Part shown: one piece after another, positions 40,469 through 58,170 of the stretch
How positions within the stretch are numbered: position 1 is the stretch's first letter
How the letters are laid out: each line of letters starts with the position of its first letter
Assembly: GCF_006345805.1 (NCBI RefSeq)
Contig: NC_043001.1
Location: 130,200,045 to 130,264,000, forward strand
Source of the DNA: Octopus sinensis
Lineage: Eukaryota
Direction: 5' to 3'
Length of the DNA: 63,956 bases
Position numbers and translations under genes: made by a program
The notes under the pieces: model-generated
Database searches by the model: none
The model's input: only the letters and a program-made list of their open reading frames with translations
What the model was told of the DNA's origin: nothing

Positions 40469-41334
40469 TAGCAATCTGCTTACCACCTAGCAAGCTACTT
40501 AACACATTGAAGAATTTAGTAAAATAATTCTATGGAACATAAATTCTAACATGAAATTTTAAATGAAGGTTTTGATTTAAATGACTTTAAACCTGAAAGT
40601 TTGTATGACACAACCTGGGGTGGACCAAGGTGGGTTAGTATCAAAAGGGTTAATTCTTGAAATGATAAAGAAAGGTAAACCATGAAAGGTTTCAAAGTGT
40701 AGAAGCAAAAAGATGAAAGGGATGTTAGTATTTGCTCCAATTCACTGTGTTTTAAGTTCAAATCCCACTGGTGTCAACACTGTTTTTCATTTTCTCAGGG
40801 TCAGTAAAGAAGTACCAATCCAGAATGGTGAATAGGCAAAACTGTAATAACATTGGACTTGATGTTTTATAGTATCTTTGTGTTCTGAGTTCAAATCCCA
40901 TCATATTCTACTCAGGTGGTAAACTTAATCTGTTGTTTGGTGTAATACCATCTTCAGGTACCCAAGTTACTTTTAGTGGAATCCGCTTTGTTGCAAGCAT
41001 TCATATCAGATCTTGGGTTTGTGGCCATCTTCTGCATTCCCTTCCTACCTTGGAGATTCAGTAAACAGCATTGTTAGTTTCAATTAGACAGTCTAACAAT
41101 CAAAGACATTCAAATTGTGACTATCCTGATTTTTCAAACCACATAAGCAAATATGCCCTGTCTCTTTTTAAATACATTAGAGTGTAATTTGAGGAAATTT
41201 TGGCTGCTATTTTTAGCTGGTGGAGTGACTACATAAATAATTTCTTTATGAGCCCTCTCAGCTCATTTGCAATTGTTCTTGTTATAACTCTAGTTACTAG
41301 TGATAACAGCTACTGTTGTTATCATTATAACCAA

Positions 41335-41367
<33 letters not shown>

Positions 41368-41554
41368 GCTCGTTATCTCATTACTACCATCATCATTATG
41401 ATAGCTGACATTGTCGTCATGCTCATTTTTTTTTATAACAATCACCATCTTCATCAAAATCATCATCACCATTGACGCTGAGGCAGCAAAGAAGGTTCTG
41501 CCGCTGATGATGATGAGGTGGAGGGAAGAGAGAATAAATGTTGTTGCGATAGAT

Positions 41555-42095
41555 TACATCATCATCGTCATCGATACCATTGACATCATCATCATTATCA
41601 TCTTCATCATCATCATCATCACCACCATTGTCATCATCATCATCATCATCACCATCACCATCACCATTGTCATCATTATCATCATCATCGTCATCATCAT
41701 CATCATTATCCCCACCATCATCATCATCATCATCGTCATCCCCACCATCATCATCATCATCATTGTCATCATCATCATCATCGTCATCATCATTATCATC
41801 ATTGTCATCATCACCATTGTCATCATCATTGTCATCATCATCATCATCACCGTCATCATCATCATCATCATCATTATCATCATCATCATCATCATCATCA
41901 TTGTCATTATCATCATCATCGTCATCATCACCGTCATCATCATCATTGTCATCATCATCATTGTCATCATCATCATCCTCATCATCGTCATCATCATCAT
42001 TGTCATCATCATCTTCATCATCATCATTGTCATCATCACCATCACCATTGTCATCATCATCATCATTATCCCCACCACCATCATCATCATCATTG

Positions 42096-42131
<36 letters not shown>

Positions 42132-42254
42132 CCGTCATCATCATCATCATCATTATTATCATCATCATCATCATCATCATTGTCATTATCATCATCATCG
42201 TCATCATCATCATCATCGTCATCATCATTATCATCATTGTCATCATCATCATTG

Positions 42255-42303
<49 letters not shown>

Positions 42304-42305
42304 TG

Positions 42306-42342
<37 letters not shown>

Positions 42343-42480
42343 TGACATCATCATCATCATCGTCATCATCATCATCATCATTGTCATCATCATCATCCTC
42401 ATCATCGCCATCATCATCATTGTCATCATCATCTTCATCATCATCATTGTTATCATCATCATCATACCATTGTCATTATC
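41555..42480. repeat. Long interrupted (CAT)n microsatellite
   Basis: Seen directly; gives rise to the poly-I/S/M artefact ORFs. Confidence 0.95.
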
Positions 42481-42877
42481 ATCACAATTGTCATAATCAT
42501 CATCATCACCCCCCCACCACTACCACCACCACCATTGTCATCATAATCATCATTCATCATCACTACCACCACCATTATAATCATTACTATCGTTATTATC
42601 ATGTTTATGATGATGTTGATGATCATTTTTTTTGAGGCAATGATGATGATACTTGTTGTTTACATCAACAATGTGATTATGAAAATGACAATAATAGCAA
42701 TGACAATGATGACGATGATGATGATGACGATGAAGATAAGTGTTGTCATCGTCATTGTCACGGACATCAACATTGTTATTATTATTATTATGATTGTGTT
42801 AATGATGATGAGGAGATGAAGAGAAAAGACTATGTGTGATTGAGTGGTGAGAGTTATTATCATCATGGGAAAAGTAA

Positions 42878-43292
42878 TGGTGGTGGGGGGTGGGGGTGAT
42901 GGTGATGGTGTGGTGGTGGTGGTGGTTGTGGTGGTGGTGATGGTGGTGGTGGTGATGGTGGTGGTCGTGGTGGTCGTGGTGGTGGTGGTGGTCGTGGTGG
43001 TGGTCGTGGTCGTGGTGAGTGGTGGTGGTGGTGGTGGTCGTGGTGGTGGTGGTGGTGGTGGTGGTGGTGGTGGTGATGATGGTGGTGGTGGTGATGGGGG
43101 TGGTCGTGGTGGTCGTGGTCGTGGTCGTGGTCGTGGTGATGGTGGTGGTGGTGGTCGTGGTGGTGGTGGTGGTGGTGGTCGTGGTGGTGGTGGTGGTGGT
43201 GGTGGTGGTGGTTGTGGTCGTGGTCGTGGTCGTGGTGGTGGTGGTCGTGGTCGTGTCGTGGTGGTGGTGGTGGTGGTGGTGGTGGTGGTGGT
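42878..43292. repeat. (GGT/CGT)n microsatellite
   Basis: Seen directly. Confidence 0.95.
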
Positions 43293-43766
43293 TGTCATCA
43301 TTCTGTCCGTCATGGTTCCAATTCACTGTCCTGTCATCGTTTAGATCTTCATCATCACTACCACTACCACTACCACTACCACCACCACTACCATCATCAT
43401 CAGCATCATCATCATCAACAGCATTGTTGTCATCATCATCTTCTTCATTGTCCTTATGGTAACAGTAATTTATCTGAAGGTAACAGCCTCAAATACTCAG
43501 GTTGTCTGCTTTGTCATTAACAGAGCTGTTTTACTTGACACATTTGCACACATACACACAAAGACGTACACATCAATGCATACAGAAAAATACATATATA
43601 TATATATATATATATACACAGATACACACACAGGAAGATGCATATGCACACACACACACATATATATATGTATATATATATATATACATATATATATGTA
43701 TATATAATACATATATATATGTATATATATATTTCTATAATATATATATGTATATATTATATATGC

Positions 43767-43799
<33 letters not shown>

Positions 43800-43835
43800 T
43801 ATGTATATATATATATTATATATGTATATATATGT

Positions 43836-43900
<65 letters not shown>

Positions 43901-44094
43901 GTATATATATATATGTACATATATATATGTATATAATATATTTATGTATATATATATATATATGCATGCATATAAATATATGTATATGCATACACATATA
44001 TATATATATACATGTATATATGTATATATACATATATACATATATATATATGTCTTCCTCTGTCTTCCATTCTCTGGATCTTTCCTTCTCCTAT

Positions 44095-44129
44095 GTTTCT
44101 GACGAAGAGCTCCGCTCGAAACGTTAAAC
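44095..44129 (+). ncRNA. Minimal type I hammerhead ribozyme motif (35 nt)
   Basis: gttt-CTGACGA-a-GAGC tcc GCTC-GAAA-CG-TT-aaac. Stem I gttt/aaac. Stem III is reduced to the palindrome AACGTT, as in minimal Penelope-element hammerheads. Confidence 0.7.
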
Positions 44130-44479
44130 CCTCCTTCTTTCCTTCTTTCCTGAGTGTCCAGTAATACTATATTTGTTCCACGTCCTTGCGTTGTTGTTTT
44201 TTTTTTGTGCTTTCTTGTTTGGATTAACTATATACATGTACATACAATGTATATACTATATACATGTACATACAATAAAACATTATAACAATATGTAAAT
44301 ATGGTGATTTGTGCCTGTTCAAGTTAAGTTTTGACTCTCATTTCTAGCAATTTGCCAGTGTTATTTTTGCACCCTTGTTTATTTAACAATACACACACAC
44401 ACACACACACACAAAACTTAGCACATGCACACACATACATACACTCAAACATTTGCTCATATATATATATATATATATA

Positions 44480-44763
44480 TACTAATAAAAAGGGTTCAGC
44501 AAAAGAATTGCCTCACCGCATACCAAAGTTCAGAAATAGCAGCCAAAATCTTAGCCATTTCTTCTACTTTAAAAAAAGGGTCTTCCAGAGAACCCAAAAT
44601 ACTTGAAGTTTAATCACACAAACTTCAAATTAAACTTCAAGTATTTTGGGTTCTCTGGAAGATCCTTTTTTAAAGTAGAAGAAATGGCTAAGATTTTGGC
44701 TGCTATTTCTGAACTTCAGTATGTTGTGAGGCAATTCTTTTGCTGAACCCTTTTTATTAGTAT
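44480..44763. repeat. Long inverted repeat (~130-bp arms)
   Basis: actaataaaaagggttcagc..tacttgaagttta versus taaacttcaagta..gctgaaccctttttattagt, with a ~18-nt spacer. (TA)n flanked. Confidence 0.9.
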
Positions 44764-45281
44764 TACTAAAATTTACCGTGTTAACGGTCCTGTTTTCATA
44801 CCGAATTCTACTTGGTGAAATTTATTGATTACTTCTTAATTAATTAATTTTACCCTTTGTTATAATATATATATATATACAGAAATGTACACACACACAC
44901 ACATATGCACACATGCATATGTGAATATACACAAACACAATCATGTGTCCCTGCACATACATACACACACATTCTCCTCACACATACATACACACGTACA
45001 AGCACCTTCACTCACACACATACAAAGCCACCATGTTCTCATCCATACTTCACTGTAGAGAAAATGTCAGGGACACCAGGTGTTCTGCAGACTCCTTGCA
45101 AGAAGCTACTAAGATACTTTTTGTTGTGGTAATTCTCACAGCCCCTATTCATCTACCTGTCCCCTAGATACATACATTTAAGAGTTATTATGTGGGTGTT
45201 TGTATATGCATGTATTGTATATGTGTGTTTGCATTTGCGCACATACAGCAGATGCAAATGTGTGTGTATATATATATATAC

Positions 45282-46105
45282 TTTTATTCTTTTATTTGTT
45301 TCAGTCATTAGACTGCGGCCATGCTGGAGCACTGCCTTTAGTTGAAACAAACCAACTCCAAGATTTATTCTTTGTAAGCCTAGTACTTATTCGATTGGTC
45401 TCTTTTGCCAAAATGCTAAGTTACGGGGACGAAAACGCACCAGCATCGGTTGTTAAGCAATGCTGAGAGGAACAAACAAACACACACACACGCACACACG
45501 CACACACACACACCACACACACACACACACACGCACACACACACACACACATATATATATATACGATGGGATCCTTTCAGTTTCTGTCTACAAATCCACT
45601 CACAAGTCATTGGTCAGCCTGAGGCTATAGTAGAAGACACTGGCCCAAGGCACCACGCAGTTGGACTGAACCTGGAAACAAGTGGTTGGGAAGCAAGCTT
45701 CTTACTACTCCTGCACCTATTTAGTGTTTATCTTCTATTTGTTTCAGTCATTTGAGAGTGACCATGCTGGAGCACCACCTTGTAGAATTTTAGTGGAGCA
45801 CGTCAACCTCTGTACTTACTTTTTTCTAAGCTTGGTACTTATTCTTTCTGTCAATCAGTTTTGATGAACTTCTAAGTTGTGGGGATGTAAAAACACTAAC
45901 ACCAGTTGTCAAGCAGTGGTAAGGAACACACACACATATGTGATGGACTTCTCTCAGTTTCCTTTAACCAAATCCACTAATCACAAGACTTTGGTCAGCT
46001 TGAGGCAATAGCCGAAGATGCTTGTGAGGGTGCCACGTAGTGGAGCTGAAACTAGAACCAGGTGGTTAGAAAGCAAACTTCTTACCATGCATCCATGCTT
46101 ACACC
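45282..46105 (-). mobile_element. Two consecutive SINE family D copies
   Basis: Copies at ~45282-45718 and ~45735-46105, the second more diverged. Confidence 0.8.
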
Positions 46106-46293
46106 TATATATTCATACATACATACATACGTGCATATATATATATATATATATATTGGCCTGTTCACTTAGCCAGCGGGGTGGCGTCATTCGAAGGCTA
46201 AAACAATGCGAATGCATTGTGACCAGCGATGTGTAACAACATCTGATGGTCTGGTTGGTCACGTGATCACGTGATATATATATATATATATGT

Positions 46294-46586
46294 GGAGGCG
46301 CAATGGCCCAGTGGTTAGGGCAGTGGACTCGCGGTCGTAGGATCGCCGTTTCGATTCCCAGACCGGGCGTTGTGAGTGTTTATTGAGTGAAAACACCTAA
46401 AAGCTCCACGAGGCTCCGGCGGGGGCTGGTGATCCCTGCTGTACTCTTTCACCACTCTTTCTTCTGTTGGCCTGCTCACTTAGCCAGTGGGGTGGCGTCA
46501 TTCGAATGCTAAAACAATGCAAACGTATTGTGACCAGCGATGTGTAACAACATCTGATGGTCTGGTCGGTCTCGTGATCACGTGAT
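46294..46586 (+). mobile_element. SINE family B, tail type ii
   Basis: Full tRNA-like head plus a gttggcctgc..tgtgaccagcgatgtg..gatcacgtgat tail. The tail alone also occurs at 22267-22388 and 46157-46275. Confidence 0.85.
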
Positions 46587-46799
46587 ATATATATATATAT
46601 AAATGATTTGAATAACACCTGCATTTAACTCCATTTCATAATTTATATATGTTATTCAAAAACATTTCACTAATCCTTGAAATTTTTACCTTTATAAATA
46701 GGCTGTAATATCCTTGGCACTTATATGAATTTTTGCTACCCTGGTGACTATTTAATTTTTCCTTGTTATTTGTACACGTTGAAAAATATATACACATTA

Positions 46800-46837
<38 letters not shown>

Positions 46838-47060
46838 CACACACACAAATATGTACATCTTCATAGTTATCATCATCATCATTTAACGCTCGTTTTTCTC
46901 ATGCTGGTATGAGTTGGACAATTTGACTAAAAACTGGTAAAACCATCCAGTCCATGCCAGCATAGAAAATAAAGTTAAATGATGAAGATAATGATATATC
47001 TATAAATATATATATATATGTGTGTGTGTGTGTGTCTATCTCTCTCTCTCTCTCTCTCTC

Positions 47061-47095
<35 letters not shown>

Positions 47096-48127
47096 ACAGA
47101 AAGGAAGAGTGCCATGTATAAATGTGCCTTGATGGCTAACAAAGTGTACAGAACAGTGTATACATTAAGCAGAGTGTATATGTGTGTCTATCTGCTGTGT
47201 CTAGGCATATGTATGTGAGGGACTACTGTTGTGTGTATAATAATATGTGTATCAAAAATTATATGTGGGTGTATAAACATGTATGTGTGTGTACATAAAA
47301 GTACGTGCATGTATGTATCATTGCAATAATATGTATGTGTATCTAATTCTGTAAGTATGTTTGTGTGCATGTATGTGCATGTGTGGGCATATTAGCATGT
47401 TTGTGCATGTGTGTATCTCTGGATGCATATATGCAGTTCCTATAAACACTTTGTGACCATCTGCGTGTTGAGGTGCATCTGCATTGCGTATGCATGTGTG
47501 CATGCATGATTTTAGTTGTGCGTGCATGTATGCATGTATGTATGTATGTGTGTATGTATGCATGTATGTATGTGTGTGTGTGTGTATGTATGTGTGTATG
47601 TGTGTATGTGTGTGTGTATGTATGTATGTATGTATGTATGTATATATGTATGTGTGATGCAGTAATTTAATATTATCCATTTGTGCATGGAAGAAATCTA
47701 ATTAAAATTGTCAAATGAGGGGGAAAAAAAAATGAAAAAGAAGCAGGCAGACAGACGGGCAGAAAGACAGATATAAATTTGGAAAAGAAACCAAACTAAG
47801 ATAAAAAAAAACCCAAAAAACAAAAAAACATATTACTTCACTGCCAATGAATTATGAAGTAAGAATAATCCCACTAATACTACTAATACTACAAATAATA
47901 CTAAAGATATTAAATAGTTCTACTCTTACTACTATGTTTACTACTACCATTACTACTACTACTACTACTAGCTCCACCCCCGCCATTCCCTCCCTAGCTC
48001 TTGGTATTATTACTTGTGCTGTTATTGATGATGACGACGATGATAATAAGGAGGAAAAGGAGGAGGATTGCGACAATGATGAGGAGATACTGACATTGGC
48101 AGTGACAAAGAAAATAATGACAGGGAC

Positions 48128-48160
<33 letters not shown>

Positions 48161-48584
48161 AGAGAGGGTAGTGGTGGTCTGTGTCATCGTCCTCATAATA
48201 GTCATTGTGATGACAATGATGACTACGATGATGATGGTGGTGGTGGTGGTGGTGGTGGTGGTGGTGTTGGTGGTGGTAATGATGATGATGTTGATGATAA
48301 TAATTGTGATGACAGGATGATGACATTAAGAACGATGATTATGACAATAGTGACGACTATACTGAAGTATTCAATAAGTCTATAAGTGTATGCCTCTTTT
48401 GTTTTAGGAGTAGCTGCATGGTAAGTAGCTTGCTTACCATCCACATAGTTCTGGGTTCAATCCTACTGCGTGGCACCTTGGGCAAGTGTCTTCTACTATA
48501 ACCTCGGGCTGACCAAAGCCTTGGGAGTGGATTTGGTAGACTGAAGTGGAAAAAGCCCATTGTATATACGTGTATATATATATG

Positions 48585-48642
<58 letters not shown>

Positions 48643-48911
48643 TATATAGGTTAAGAGAGGTAATGTTGTCAAGAAGACCCAAAGTGTCAAGTAATGCTGA
48701 GTTTAGTGTTATGGATAGACTACAGTTAAGCTCCAGGTTCGGTGATTATCCGAATGAGGAGTCCATTGTAGGTCATATATCAGCATGTGTAGATATAAAA
48801 AAATTAACAGAATGCGATAAAGACCCAAGGCTGTGAAAGATTTCAGAACATTTATAAATAGGTCTTACAGCTGTTTCTGGAAACAGCTGTAAGACCTTCT
48901 ATTTATAATGA

Positions 48912-49299
48912 TATAAACAATGCAATCTTCTCCTCAGGAAAGTGAAAAAAACGAAACTCGTCAATAAGACATTTTAGCAAAAAATGATGGATTTGTATAG
49001 CGATAGACAGAGCGAGTATACAGATGTAAGCATTGGCAAAAACATACATTTAGTGCATGTAAGTAGTCTCTATCATTATATATAATTTAAACTTTAATTT
49101 CCTTTATATTTAACATTCACTATTAATATCCCTACTCTTTCTGTTAGCTACTTATGACGTTATATCATATAACGTTTTTTTAAACAATATTAATAGCGTT
49201 CTGTCTATCGCTATACAAATCCATCATTTTTTGCTAAAATGTCTCATTGATGAGTTTCGTTTTTTTCACTTTCCTGAGGAGAAGATTGCATTGTTTATA
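48912..49299. repeat. Inverted repeat (~100-bp arms) overlapping the hammerhead at 49268
   Basis: 48912-49014 is the reverse complement of 49197-49299. Confidence 0.9.
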
Positions 49300-49353
49300 C
49301 CATTTATTCTTTTGAATAGTATCAGTGGAATTTTCGAAACATGTGTCGAAAGT
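49268..49353 (+). ncRNA. Type I hammerhead ribozyme motif (GUC site)
   Basis: Stem I actttc/gaaagt (6 bp). CTGAGGA 49274-80. Stem II gaagatt/aattttc plus cattg/cagtg. GAAA 49336-39. Near-palindromic stem III ACATGTGT. TC at 49346-47. Confidence 0.8.
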
Positions 49354-49476
49354 AAAAATATTTGATTATACCTGCGTTAACTCCATTTTTTATTCATTTA
49401 TATATATATAGATATATATATATATATATATTTGTATATATATATATATTTGTATATATAATATATATATATATAT

Positions 49477-49511
<35 letters not shown>

Positions 49512-50210
49512 ATATATATGTATATATATATATTTTTTTGTATTATATATAAATATATATATATATATATTAGTATATATATATGTTTATGTGTCTGTGT
49601 TTGTCCCCCCCACCATCACTTGACATCCGATGCTGGTGTGTTTATGTCCAAATAATTTAGCAGTGTGACAAAATAGACCAATCGAATAAGTACTAGGCTT
49701 ACAAAGAATAAGTCCTGGGGGCGATTTGTTCAGCTAAAGGCAGTGCTCAAGCATAGCTGCAGTCAAATGAGTGAAACAGATAAAAGAGTAAAAGAATAAA
49801 TTAAGTTGGCATCAAATATAAAAAATTCAGTAACAAAATGTGGGGTGAGGAAGAAAAGCACAAAAATCTGTATTTTACAAATGAACTCCTTGGCATCAGG
49901 CTTGGCACTTCCTTCTTATTTTTATCATCAGAAATGCAACGAACCAGCAGTTTGCCAATTAAGAATCTGAAACTAATAATGGTTTTGAATTTTGACACAC
50001 GGCTAGCAATTTTATGGGAGGGGGGGTCGATAACATTGACCAGTGCTCAAAGGGCACTTATTTTATCAACCCCGAAAGGATGAATGGCAAAGTCAACCTC
50101 AGCAGAATTTAAGAAACCTGCAACTAATAATGGTACTATCATTCACAAGTTATGATATAAAATACACACCAAGGAATGAGTTAAAAAGCAAAGTTCCTCT
50201 CGAACACTTT

Positions 50211-50245
<35 letters not shown>

Positions 50246-50771
50246 GTATCATTATCATCATTATTGTCACCAATATCATCATCATCAACATCATCATCCT
50301 CATTTAATGTCTGTTTTCCATGCTGGCATGGGCTAAATGGTTTGACAGAGACTAGCAAGGCCAGGGTCTGTGCCAGGTTAAATAGTCTGTTTTGGTTTGG
50401 TTTCTATGGTTGGATGCCCTTCCTAACATCAACCACTTTACCATTTTAACTATTTTATAAGTCGACTTTCAGTTAAAATTAAACCTCACATCATGCACAT
50501 TTTGTTCCATATCTATGTTTAAAAAAGGAACTGTTTGTGGTAGGGGTGGGTAGAAAATGCTTAAATATTTAAATTTATTCATAGGTATCAGCATGGCTAT
50601 GCAGTTAAGAAACTCACTTTGCGAGCATGTGATTTCTGGTTCCTTATCACCATGCAGCACATTGAACAAGTATTTTGTACTATATAGCCCCAGGTTGTCC
50701 AATGTCTTATGAGTGAATTTAGTAAATGGAAACTGTATGGAAGCCTGATATCTATACATGTATGTATATGT

Positions 50772-50982
50772 ATTTCACTACTGCCCACAAGGGGCTAAAC
50801 ACAGAGGGGACAAACAGATTATGTCGATTACATCGACCCCAGGGCGTAACTGGTACTTAATTTATCGACCCCGAAAGGATGAAAGGCAAAGTCGACCTCG
50901 GCGGAATTTGAACTCAGAACATAACAGCAGACGAAATACGGCTACGCATTTCGCCTGGCGTGCTAACGAGTCTGCCAGCTCA
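50772..50982 (-). mobile_element. SINE family A
   Basis: Reverse-complement copy with a small deletion. Confidence 0.85.
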
Positions 50983-51438
50983 TGTGTGTGTGTGTGTGCA
51001 TGCGCATGTCTGTGTTTGTCCCATAAATTTCAGGCTTTGTGCCTATAATACAAGGCTAAGTTGACTTTGGCAGAATTCGAACTCAGATCATAGAGTTCTG
51101 GAATAATAATACTTCTGCCTTAAAGAATTTTAGTCAAACAAATCGATCCCAGTACTTATTTTTTTAGTCTGGCACTTATTCTGTTAGTTTCTTTTGCTGA
51201 AATGCTAAGTTACAGGAATGTACAACACCAGTTGTCAAACCATGGTAGATAACAAACAAACACACACACATAATATACATATATATATATAACTTATAAA
51301 TAAGGGTAAACCAAAAAATTTCTAATGCCAAATATGCCGAAAATTGGACATATTGTCCATTACCATATAATTTATCACAATACGCATGCTACTCGAAAAA
51401 AAGCCGGCAGAAATTTCTTAAAAATTCCATTATTACCA

Positions 51439-51491
51439 TATCGGACCGATTTCAGGGTTAGTTCGTAAGAACCCTCCATTCGTCAGTGATA
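51439..51491 (-). ncRNA. Degenerate hammerhead motif
   Basis: On the minus strand: tatca-CTGACGA-atgg-AGGGTT..AACCCT-GAAA-tcgg-TC-cgata. There is a 4-nt insertion before stem II and mismatches in stems I and III. Confidence 0.45.
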
Positions 51492-51826
51492 AACGTGGCA
51501 AAGAAATAAATGAGATACTTAATCATACCCATGGAAGAAGCAAAACACTAAGTCATGAGCATAATTAAGTACCCCAAATACATCCAAAATAGAAATACTC
51601 CAGCCCATTCAAGTTGTTTATAATTTTAACCTTAAAAGTTATTTTTTAATATGCTGGCCATAGATAAAATTTTTTGTTTTTCGAAAAAAATTTTATCCTA
51701 CATTAAATATATATATATATATAAACACTCATTATTGCTATGTGTTTAAATAAACACTCATTATCGCTATGAACTCCGAGTGGGCAGTCATCTAAGAGTT
51801 TTTGTTCATCTTGATGCTGACATAAG

Positions 51827-51925
51827 TTCCTTGTCTCTCCTGATGAGAAGGCAGCATAATGCACCCCTTATTCCTTTGAAATTAGGAATATGCAGCCTTC
51901 GAAACATATGTCGAGATTAAAGGAA
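51827..51925 (+). ncRNA. Type I hammerhead ribozyme motif (canonical core, GUC cleavage site)
   Basis: Stem I tctc(51836-39)/gaga(51913-16), extended by ttcctt/aaggaa. Core CTGATGA 51840-46. Stem II GAAGGC/GCCTTC plus gcata/tatgc. GAAA 51901-04. Palindromic stem III ACATATGT. Cleavage triplet GTC ends at 51912. Confidence 0.85.
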
Positions 51926-52110
51926 TTTTGTTAAATCGTCGTTCAACTCCATTCTTTCATTTATTTGTATTAAAAAACACACAAATTTCCACACGAAAGC
52001 ACGTGATCTCTGCCCTTGGCATGTAGCTTCAACCGTGTTTTTCTGACGTGAATTTGCTACCCAGGCATCGGTTAACCGAATTATCCATACTAGGATAATT
52101 CATTCAACTA

Positions 52111-52140
<30 letters not shown>

Positions 52141-52145
<5 letters not shown>

Positions 52146-53156
52146 CACCAAATAAGTTAGGGGTTGTGGATGCAACCCACTAAGGGATAATACTTATCCA
52201 ATATACTGTTGGTATGATACCCAATTATCAATACACAAGTGTTTTTAATTGCAATGCAAAGAACTCACTTATTGTATTAAATGGGTGAAGGTAAAGAAAT
52301 ATTTTACCATTAATTTATATTACAAATAAGAAAATGGAGAAACACATTAGCTGGTTCATCAGCTTTAGGATATTAAAATGTTGACTTATTTATTTATCAA
52401 ACAACAACCATGATAAGATACATATATACAGTATAAAATTCAATGCTTGTATTCTTATCTTATATGCATTGGATTTTATACTGTATATATGTATATTATA
52501 ATGGTTGTTCTGATAAATAGATAAGACATTTTAATATCCTAAAGCTGATGAACCAACTAATGTGCTTCTCCATTTTCTTATTTGTATTATATAAATATAT
52601 ATATAAACAATAGGAGAGACCACTAAGTGGATCCTTTGTATGCTAAAAATAGATGTCAGACCGTCTTACTACAAAATCTTTTAAATATGCTGATCACTGA
52701 AATTGATATTATTTAATAATATTAATTTCTATTCCATCATATATATATATATATATAAGGTGCAGGAGTGGCTGTATGGTAAGTAGCTTGCTTACCAACC
52801 ACATGGTTCTGGGTTCATTACTATTGCGTGGCACCTTGGGCAAGTGTCTCCTACTATAGCCTCGGGCCGACCGAAGTCTCGTGAGTGGATTTGGTAGACA
52901 GAAACTGAAAGAAGCCCATTGTATATATGTATGTGTGTGTATATGTTTGTGCGTATGTTTGTCCCCCCCAACATCGCTTGACAACCGATTGTGATGTGTT
53001 TACGTCCACGTAACCTAGCGGTTCGGCAAAATAAACTGATAGAATAAGTACTAGGCTTCCAAAGAATAAGTCCTGGGGTCGATTTGCGCAACTAAAGATG
53101 GTGGTGCTACAGCATGGCCACAGTCAAATGACTGAAACAAGTAAAAGAGAAAAGAG

Positions 53157-53192
<36 letters not shown>

Positions 53193-54199
53193 AACACCAA
53201 ATAAGTTAGGGGTTGTGGATGCAACCACTAAGGGATAATACTTATCCAATATACTGTTGGTATGATACCCAATTATCAATACACAAGTGTTTTTAATTGC
53301 AATGCAAAGAACTCACTTATTGTATTAAATGGGTGAAGGTAAAGAAATATTTTACCATTAATTTATATTACAAATAAGAAAATGGAGAACACATTAGCTG
53401 GTTCATCAGCTTTAGGATATTAAAATGTTGACTTATTTATTTATCAAACAACACCATGATAACATACATATATACAGTATAAAATTCAATGCTTGTATTC
53501 TTATCTTATATGCATTGGATTTTATACTGTATATATGTATATTATAATGGTTGTTCTGATAAATAGATAAGTCACATTTTAATATCCTAAAGCTGATGAA
53601 CCAACTAATGTGCTTCTCCATTTTCTTATTTGTATTATATAAATATATATATAAACAATAGGAGAGACCACTAAGTGGATCCTTTGTATGCTAAAAATAG
53701 ATGTCAGACCGTCTTACTACAAAATCTTTTAATATGCTGATCACTGAAATTGATATTATTTAATAATATTAATTTCTATTCCATCATATATATATATATA
53801 TATAAGGTGCAGGAGTGGCTGTATGGTAAGTAGCTTGCTTACCAACCACATGGTTCTGGGTTCATTACTATTGCGTGGCACCTTGGGCAAGTGTCTCCTA
53901 CTATAGCCTCGGGCCGACCGAAGTCTCGTGAGTGGATTTGGTAGACAGAAACTGAAAGAAGCCCATTGTATATATGTATGTGTGTGTATATGTTTGTGCG
54001 TATGTTTGTCCCCCCCAACATCGCTTGACAACCGATTGTGATGTGTTTACGTCCACGTAACCTAGCGGTTCGGCAAAATAAACTGATAGAATAAGTACTA
54101 GGCTTCCAAAGAATAAGTCCTGGGGTCGATTTGCGCAACTAAAGATGGTGCTACAGCATGGCCACAGTCAAATGACTGAAACAAGTAAAAGAGAAAAGA

Positions 54200-54230
<31 letters not shown>
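52141..54230 (+). repeat. Tandem duplication, ~1047-bp unit x2
   Basis: 52141-53188 matches 53189-54230. Identical ORFs are offset by 1047 nt (52709 vs 53756). Confidence 0.95.
52321..52586. repeat. Inverted repeat (~125-bp arms), duplicated at ~53369-53635
   Basis: tacaaataagaaaatggag..aaattcaatgc versus gcattggatttt..ctccattttcttatttgta. Confidence 0.88.

Positions 54231-58170
<3,940 letters not shown>

Noticed and set aside
41411-43520. Long poly-I/S/M/T/V/G ORFs
   Set aside because: Trinucleotide microsatellite artefacts, open on both strands.
46294-46366. tRNA-Arg-like sequence
   Set aside because: It is the head of SINE family B, continues into the SINE body, and has imperfect cloverleaf stems.
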